DNA of 64,000 nucleotides from Eledone cirrhosa. Taxonomy: Eukaryota. How positions within the stretch are numbered: position 1 is the first letter of the stretch; every line of letters starts with the position of its first letter. The translations under genes and the position numbers were made by a program. The notes beneath the pieces were generated by a model. It had not been told where the DNA came from and did not search any database. It saw nothing but the letters and a program-made list of their open reading frames with translations. The stretch is taken from assembly GCA_964016885.1 (NCBI GenBank), contig CAXHJY010000184.1, positions 558,001 through 622,000 of the forward strand, in the 5' to 3' direction. Shown piece by piece: positions 54,701 through 64,000 of the stretch.

Positions 54701-57700
54701 ATTGATTTTGCTGTGACAAATTTTCATCTGGCATTTTTTTTTTTTTTTTTTTTGCTTACCACCCAATTTGACATAAAAGTTGCTCGCAAATTACTATTTT
54801 ATGAACATATTATCAATGGTTATGACATGGAAACCTGATGAAAATGACTAGCTTTGTAGAAAAAAGAGGGAGGATGTGGGTGGAAATACCATTTACAAAG
54901 CTAGTCATTTTTTATTGCAGTGGAAGTCATATTTTTTGTTAATATGCTAAAAGCATAGTCCACTGCGAGCTTCTTGGAAGTTGATAACGCATGCAAAAAT
55001 GAATGAAAAATTTTTTTTTCTAACATAAATCAAAGTGGAAATTTAAATCCTCACTTGTAACAAAGCACACCACAGCACATTAATCTACCTCAATCCACAC
55101 CATAACCATACATCACTATATGGTAATTTATTACAGAACACATACTCCTACCATTTACATCACATGGACATTAATGTGACAAATTTGCTACTTGCATTTC
55201 TTTTTTTTTTTTGTGGTTACCACCTCAAACTAACATCAAAGGTGCTTGCAAATGACTATTTTCCCACACATTATCAATGAATATGACATGGGAATCTATC
55301 GTTTACAATTGGTTTCTATTTCATAACTTCACCAAACCAAACCACACCATACCAAGTTACACCATACTACATCACACCAAGCTATTGATCTTGGTGTGAA
55401 AAATTTTCTTTCCATTTCCTTTTTTTTTTGTGTGTGTGCTTACCACCCAATCTGACATTAAAGGTGCTCCGAATTGACTATTTTTTTTTCCACTTATCAA
55501 TAAATATGACATGGAAACCTGTCGAAAATGACTATCTTTGTAGAAACTTCACCAAATCACACCAAGATATTGATTTTGGTGTGACAAATTTTCATCTGGC
55601 ATTTTTTTTTTTTTTTTTGCTTACCACCCAATTTGACATAAAAGGTGCTCGCAAATTACTATTTTATGAACATATTATCAATGGTTATGACATGGAAACC
55701 TGATGAAAATGACTAGTTTTGTAGAAAAAAGAGGGAGGATGTTGGTGGAAATACCATTTAAAAAGCTAGTCATTTTTTATTGCAGTGGAAGTCATATTTT
55801 TTGTTAATATGCTAAAAGCATAGTCCACTGCGAGCTTCTTGGAAGTTGATAACGCATGCAAAAATGAATGAAAAATTTTTTTTTCTAACATGAATCAAAG
55901 TGGAAATTTAAATCCTCACTTATAACAAAGCACACCACAGCACATTAATCTACCTCAATCCTCACCATAACCATACTTCACTATATGGTAATTTATTACA
56001 GAACACATACTCCTACCATTTACATCACTTGGACATTAACGTGACAAATTTGCTACTTGCGTTTTTTTTCTTTTTGTGGTTACCACCTCAAACTAACATC
56101 AAAGGTGCTTGCAAATGACTATTTTCCCACACATTATCAATGAATATGACATGGGAATCTATCGTTTACAATTGGTTTCCATTTCATAACTTCACCAAAC
56201 CACACCATACCAAGTTACACCATACTACATCGCACCAAGCTATTGATCTTGGTGTGAAAAATGTTTTTCCTGTTTCCTTTTTTTTTTTTGTGTGTGTGCT
56301 TACCACCCAATCTGACATTAAAGGTGCTCCCAATTGACTATTTTTTTTTCCACTTATCAATAATTATGACATGGAAACCTGTAGAAACTTCACCAAACCA
56401 CACCATACTACATCACACCAAGATATTGATTTTGCTGTGACAAATTTTCATCTGGCATTTTTTTTTTTTTTTTTTTGCTTACCACCCAATTTGACATAAA
56501 AGTTGCTCGCAAATTACTATTTTATGAACATATTATCAATGGTTATGACATGGAAACCTGATGAAAATGACTAGCTTTGTAGAAAAAAGAGGGAGGATGT
56601 GGGTGGAAATACCATTTACAAAGCTAGTCATTTTTTATTGCAGTGGAAGTCATATTTTTTGTTAATATGCTAAAAGCATAGTCCACTGCGAGCTTCTTGG
56701 AAGTTGATAACGCATGCAAAAATGAATGAAAAATTTTTTTTTCTAACATAAATCAAAGTGGAAATTTAAATCCTCACTTGTAACAAAGCACACCACAGCA
56801 CATTAATCTACCTCAATCCACACCATAACCATACTTCACTATATGGTAATTTATTACAGAACACATACTCCTACCATTTACATCACATGGACATTAATGT
56901 GACAAATTTGCTACTTGCATTTCTTTTTTTTTTTTGTGGTTACCACCTCAAACTAACATCAAAGGTGCTTGCAAATGACTATTTTCCCACACATTATCAA
57001 TGAATATGACATGGGAATCTATCGTTTACAATTGGTTTCTATTTCATAACTTCACCAAACCAAACCACACCATACCAAGTTACACCATACTACATCACAC
57101 CAAGCTATTGATCTTGGTGTGAAAAATTTTCTTTCCATTTCCTTTTTTTTTTTGTGTGTGTGCTTACCACCCAATCTGACATTAAAGGTGCTCCGAATTG
57201 ACTATTTTTTTTTCCACTTATCAATAAATATGACATGGAAACCTGTCGAAAATGACTATCTTTGTAGAAACTTCACCAAATCACACCAAGATATTGATTT
57301 TGGTGTGACAAATTTTCATCTGGCATTTTTTTTTTTTTTTTTGCTTACCACCCAATTTGACATAAAAGGTGCTCGCAAATTACTATTTTATGAACATATT
57401 ATCAATGGTTATGACATGGAAACCTGATGAAAATGACTAGTTTTGTAGAAAAAAGAGGGAGGATGTTGGTGGAAATACCATTTAAAAAGCTAGTCATTTT
57501 TTATTGCAGTGGAAGTCATATTTTTTGTTAATATGCTAAAAGCATAGTCCACTGCGAGCTTCTTGGAAGTTGATAACGCATGCAAAAATGAATGAAAAAT
57601 TTTTTTTTCTAACATGAATCAAAGTGGAAATTTAAATCCTCACTTATAACAAAGCACACCACAGCACATTAATCTACCTCAATCCTCACCATAACCATAC

Positions 57701-60700
57701 TTCACTATATGGTAATTTATTACAGAACACATACTCCTACCATTTACATCACTTGGACATTAACGTGACAAATTTGCTACTTGCGTTTTTTTTCTTTTTG
57801 TGGTTACCACCTCAAACTAACATCAAAGGTGCTTGCAAATGACTATTTTCCCACACATTATCAATGAATATGACATGGGAATCTATCGTTTACAATTGGT
57901 TTCCATTTCATAACTTCACCAAACCACACCATACCAAGTTACACCATACTACATCGCACCAAGCTATTGATCTTGGTGTGAAAAATGTTTTTCCTGTTTC
58001 CTTTTTTTTTTTTGTGTGTGTGCTTACCACCCAATCTGACATTAAAGGTGCTCCCAATTGACTATTTTTTTTTCCACTTATCAATAATTATGACATGGAA
58101 ACCTGTAGAAACTTCACCAAACCACACTACATCACACCAAGATATTGATTTTGCTGTGACAAATTTTCATCTGGCATTTTTTTTTTTTTTTTTTGCTTAC
58201 CACCCAATTTGACATAAAAGTTGCTCGCAAATTACTATTTTATGAACATATTATCAATGGTTATGACATGGAAACCTGATGAAAATGACTAGCTTTGTAG
58301 AAAAAAGAGGGAGGATGTGGGTGGAAATACCATTTACAAAGCTAGTCATTTTTTATTGCAGTGGAAGTCATATTTTTTGTTAATATGCTAAAAGCATAGT
58401 CCACTGCGAGCTTCTTGGAAGTTGATAACGCATGCAAAAATGAATGAAAAATTTTTTTTTCTAACATAAATCAAAGTGGAAATTTAAATCCTCACTTGTA
58501 ACAAAGCACACCACAGCACATTAATCTACCTCAATCCACACCATAACCATACTTCACTATATGGTAATTTATTACAGAACACATACTCCTACCATTTACA
58601 TCACATGGACATTAATGTGACAAATTTGCTACTTGCATTTCTTTTTTTTTTTTGTGGTTACCACCTCAAACTAACATCAAAGGTGCTTGCAAATGACTAT
58701 TTTCCCACACATTATCAATGAATATGACATGGGAATCTATCGTTTACAATTGGTTTCTATTTCATAACTTCACCAAACCAAACCACACCATACCAAGTTA
58801 CACCATACTACATCACACCAAGCTATTGATCTTGGTGTGAAAAATTTTCTTTCCATTTCCTTTTTTTTTTTGTGTGTGTGCTTACCACCCAATCTGACAT
58901 TAAAGGTGCTCCGAATTGACTATTTTTTTTTCCACTTATCAATAAATATGACATGGAAACCTGTCGAAAATGACTATCTTTGTAGAAACTTCACCAAATC
59001 ACACCAAGATATTGATTTTGGTGTGACAAATTTTCATCTGGCATTTTTTTTTTTTTTTTTGCTTACCACCCAATTTGACATAAAAGGTGCTCGCAAATTA
59101 CTATTTTATGAACATATTATCAATGGTTATGACATGGAAACCTGATGAAAATGACTAGTTTTGTAGAAAAAAGAGGGAGGATGTTGGTGGAAATACCATT
59201 TAAAAAGCTAGTCATTTTTTATTGCAGTGGAAGTCATATTTTTTGTTAATATGCTAAAAGCATAGTCCACTGCGAGCTTCTTGGAAGTTGATAACGCATG
59301 CAAAAATGAATGAAAAATTTTTTTTTCTAACATAAATCAAAGTGGAAATTTAAATCCTCACTTATAACAAAGCACACCACAGCACATTAATCTACCTCAA
59401 TCCACACCATAACCATACTTCACTATATGGTAATTTATTACAGAAGACATACTCCTACCATTTACATCACTTGGACATTAACGTGACAAATTTGCTACTT
59501 GCGTTTTTTTTCTTTTTGTGGTTACCACCTCAAACTAACATCAAAGGTGCTTGCAAATGACTATTTTCCCACACATTATCAATGAATATGACATGGGAAT
59601 CTATCGTTTACAATTGGTTTCCATTTCATAACTTCACCAAACCAAACCACACCATACCAAGTTACACCATACTACATCGCACCAAGCTATTGATCTTGGT
59701 GTGAAAAATTTTTTTCCTGTTTCCTTTTTTTTTTTTGTGTGTGTGCTTACCACCCAATCTGACATTAAAGGTGCTCCCAATTGACTATTTTTTTTTCCAC
59801 TTATCAATAATTATGACATGGAAACCTGTAGAAACTTCACCAAACCACACCATACTACATCACACCAAGATATTGATTTTGCTGTGACCAATTTTCAACT
59901 GGCATTTTTTTTTTTTTTTTTTTGCTTACCACCCAATTTGACATAAAAGTTGCTCGCAAATTACTATTTTATGAACATATTATCAATGGTTATGACATGG
60001 AAACCTGATGAAAATGACTAGCTTTGTAGAAAAAAGAGGGAGGATGTGGGTGGAAATACCATTTACAAAGCTAGTCATTTTTTATTGCAGTGGAAGTCAT
60101 ATTTTTTGTTAATATGCTAAAAGCATAGTCCACTGCGAGCTTCTTGGAAGTTGATAACGCATGCAAAAATGAATGAAAAATTTTTTTTTCTAACATAAAT
60201 CAAAGTGGAAATTTAAATCCTCACTTGTAACAAAGCACACCACAGCACATTAATCTACCTCAATCCACACCATAACCATACTTCACTATATGGTAATTTA
60301 TTACAGAACACATACTCCTACCATTTACATCACATGGACATTAATGTGACAAATTTGCTACTTGCATTTCTTTTTGTGGTTACCACCTCAAACTGACATC
60401 AAAGGTGCTTGCAAATGACTATTTTCCCACACATTATCAATGAATATGACATGGGAATCTATCGTTTACAATTGGTTTCTATTTCATAACTTCACCAAAC
60501 CAAACCACACCATACCAAGTTACACCATACTACATCACACCAAGCTATTGATCTTGGTGTGAAAAATTTTCTTTCCATTTCCTTTTTTTTTTTGTGTGTG
60601 TGCTTACCACCCAATCTGACATTAAAGGTGCTCCGAATTGACTATTTTTTTTTCCACTTATCAATAAATATGACATGGAAACCTGTCGAAAATGACTATC

Positions 60701-63700
60701 TTTGTAGAAACTTCACCAAATCACACCAAGATATTGATTTTGGTGTGACAAATTTTCATCTGGCATTTTTTTTTTTTTTTTTGCTTACCACCCAATTTGA
60801 CATAAAAGGTGCTCGCAAATTACTATTTTATGAACATATTATCAATGGTTATGACATGGAAACCTGATGAAAATGACTAGTTTTGTAGAAAAAAGAGGGA
60901 GGATGTTGGTGGAAATACCATTTAAAAAGCTAGTCATTTTTTATTGCAGTGGAAGTCATATTTTTTGTTAATATGCTAAAAGCATAGTCCACTGCGAGCT
61001 TCTTGGAAGTTGATAACGCATGCAAAAATGAATGAAAAATTTTTTTTTCTAACATAAATCAAAGTGGAAATTTAAATCCTCACTTATAACAAAGCACACC
61101 ACAGCACATTAATCTACCTCAATCCACACCATAACCATACTTCACTATATGGTAATTTATTACAGAAGACATACTCCTACCATTTACATCACTTGGACAT
61201 TAACGTGACAAATTTGCTACTTGCGTTTTTTTTCTTTTTGTGGTTACCACCTCAAACTAACATCAAAGGTGCTTGCAAATGACTATTTTCCCACACATTA
61301 TCAATGAATATGACATGGGAATCTATCGTTTACAATTGGTTTCCATTTCATAAGTTCACCAAACCAAACCACACCATACCAAGTTACACCATACTACATC
61401 GCACCAAGCTATTGATCTTGGTGTGAAAAATTTTTTTCCTGTTTCCTTTTTTTTTTTTGTGTGTGTGCTTACCACCCAATCTGACATTAAAGGTGCTCCC
61501 AATTGACTATTTTTTTTTCCACTTATCAATAATTATGACATGGAAACCTGTAGAAACTTCACCAAACCACACCATACTACATCACACCAAGATATTGATT
61601 TTGCTGTGACAAATTTTCATCTGGCATTTTTTTTTTTTTTTTTTTGCTTACCACCCAATTTGACATAAAAGTTGCTCGCAAACTACTATTTTATGAACAT
61701 ATTATCAATGGTTATGACATGGAAACCTGATGAAAATGACTAGCTTTGTAGAAAAAAGAGGGAGGATGTGTGTGGAAATACCATTTACAAAGCTAGTCAT
61801 TTTTTATTGCAGTGGAAGTCATATTTTTTGTTAATATGCTAAAAGCATAGTCCACTGCGAGCTTCTTGGAAGTTGATAACGCATGCAAAAATGAATGAAA
61901 AATTTTTTTTTCTAACATAAATCAAAGTGGAAATTTAAATCCTCACTTGTAACAAAGCACACCACAGCACATTAATCTACCTCAATCCACACCATAACCA
62001 TACTTCACTATATGGTAATTTATTACAGAACACATACTCCTACCATTTACATCACATGGACATTAATGTGACAAATTTGCTACTTGCATTTCTTTTTTTT
62101 TTTTGTGGTTACCACCTCAAACTAACATCAAAGGTGCTTGCAAATGACTATTTTCCCACACATTATCAATGAATATGACATGGGAATCTATCGTTTACAA
62201 TTGGTTTCTATTTCATAAGTTCACCAAACCAAACCACACCATACCAAGTTACACCATACTACATCACACCAAGCTATTGATCTTGGTGTGAAAAATTTTC
62301 TTTCCATTTCCTTTTTTTTTTGTGTGTGTGCTTACCACCCAATCTGACATTAAAGGTGCTCCGAATTGACTATTTTTTTTTCCACTTATCAATAAATATG
62401 ACATGGAAACCTGTCGAAAATGACTATCTTTGTAGAAACTTCACCAAATCACACCAAGATATTGATTTTGGTGTGACAAATTTTCATCTGGCATTTTTTT
62501 TTTTTTTTTTGCTTACCACCCAATTTGACATAAAAGGTGCTCGCAAATTACTATTTTATGAACATATTATCAATGGTTATGACATGGAAACCTGATGAAA
62601 ATGACTAGTTTTGTAGAAAAAAGAGGGAGGATGTTGGTGGAAATACCATTTAAAAAGCTAGTCATTTTTTATTGCAGTGGAAGTCATATTTTTTGTTAAT
62701 ATGCTAAAAGCATAGTCCACTGCGAGCTTCTTGGAAGTTGATAACGCATGCAAAAATGAATGAAAAATTTTTTTTTCTAACATGAATCAAAGTGGAAATT
62801 TAAATCCTCACTTATAACAAAGCACACCACAGCACATTAATCTAGCTCAATCCTCACCATAACCATACTTCACTATATGGTAATTTATTACAGAACACAT
62901 ACTCCTACCATTTACATCACTTGGACATTAACGTGACAAATTTGCTACTTGCTTTTTTTTTCTTTTTGTGGTTACCACCTCAAACTAACATCAAAGGTGC
63001 TTGCAAATGACTATTTTCCCACACATTATCAATGAATATGACATGGGAATCTATCGTTTACAATTGGTTTCCATTTCATAACTTCACCAAACCAAACCAC
63101 ACCCAAGTTACACCATACTACATCGCACCAAGCTATTGATCTTGGTGTGAAAAATTTTTTTCCTGTTTCCTTTTTTTTTTTTGTGTGTGTGCTTACCACC
63201 CAATCTGACATTAAAGGTGCTCCCAATTGACTATTTTTTTTTCCACTTATCAATAATTATGACATGGAAACCTGTAGAAACTTCACCAAACCACACCATA
63301 CTACATCACACCAAGATATTGATTTTGCTGTGACAAATTTTCATCTGGCATTTTTTTTTTTTTTTTTTTGCTTACCACCCAATTTGACATAAAAGTTGCT
63401 CGCAAATTACTATTTTATGAACATATTATCAATGGTTATGACATGGAAACCTGATGAAAATGACTAGCTTTGTAGAAAAAAGAGGGAGGATGTGTGTGGA
63501 AATACCATTTACAAAGCTAGTCATTTTTTATTGCAGTGGAAGTCATATTTTTTGTTAATATGCTAAAAGCATAGTCCACTGCGAGCTTCTTGGAAGTTGA
63601 TAACGCATGCAAAAATGAATGAAAAATTTTTTTTTCTAACATAAATCAAAGTGGAAATTTAAATCCTCACTTGTAACAAAGCACACCACAGCACATTAAT

Positions 63701-64000
63701 CTACCTCAATCCACACCATAACCATACTTCACTATATGGTAATTTATTACAGAACACATACTCCTACCATTTACATCACATGGACATTAATGTGACAAAT
63801 TTGCTACTTGCATTTCTTTTTTTTTTTTGTGGTTACCACCTCAAACTAACATCAAAGGTGCTTGCAAATGACTATTTTCCCACACATTATCAATGAATAT
63901 GACATGGGAATCTATCGTTTACAATTGGTTTCTATTTCATAAGTTCACCAAACCAAACCACACCATACCAAGTTACACCATACTACATCACACCAAGCTA
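45780..64000. repeat. Macrosatellite, ~1724-bp unit made of two diverged ~862-bp monomers, ~10.5 units, runs off the right edge
   Basis: Identical pseudo-ORF ends at 47072, 48799, 50522, 52251, 53979, 55703, 57427, 59145, 60867 and 62595 (spacing 1718-1729). CTGATGAAAATGACTAG recurs every ~858-865 bp in alternating variants. Confidence 0.98.

Noticed and set aside
46797-63253. Repeated 60-102-aa ORFs in the macrosatellite
   Set aside because: They run through variable poly-T tracts, resemble no protein family, and recur only because the DNA repeats.

Overview
Eukaryotic, AT-rich, repeat-dense animal DNA. The SINE motifs and microsatellite style suggest a cephalopod such as Octopus (inference). 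The only convincing host gene is the 5' part of an XPR1/SYG1-type phosphate exporter on the minus strand: four spliced coding exons (26474-22600) encode the SPX domain, and the gene continues off the left edge. Bases 1-21243 are a 27-bp minisatellite with a 7290-bp higher-order repeat, lying in the following intron. Bases ~45780-64000 are a ~1.72-kb macrosatellite (dimer of ~862-bp monomers). The most notable region lies between them and contains two large palindromes derived from Penelope-like element (PLE) termini, each with a hammerhead-ribozyme motif at both outer ends. The first (34477-36944) has two identical, intact hammerheads with a palindromic stem III and is interrupted by a 1384-bp hAT element (8-bp TSD; empty site visible in the other arm). 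The second (38171-39204) flanks a GIY-YIG endonuclease remnant. Also present are a nested foldback element with a telomere-like core, a 3.3-kb hexamer-periodic array, several MITEs and SINEs, and possible relic acidic exons. The long ORFs in the tandem arrays are treated as artefacts. No CRISPR array.
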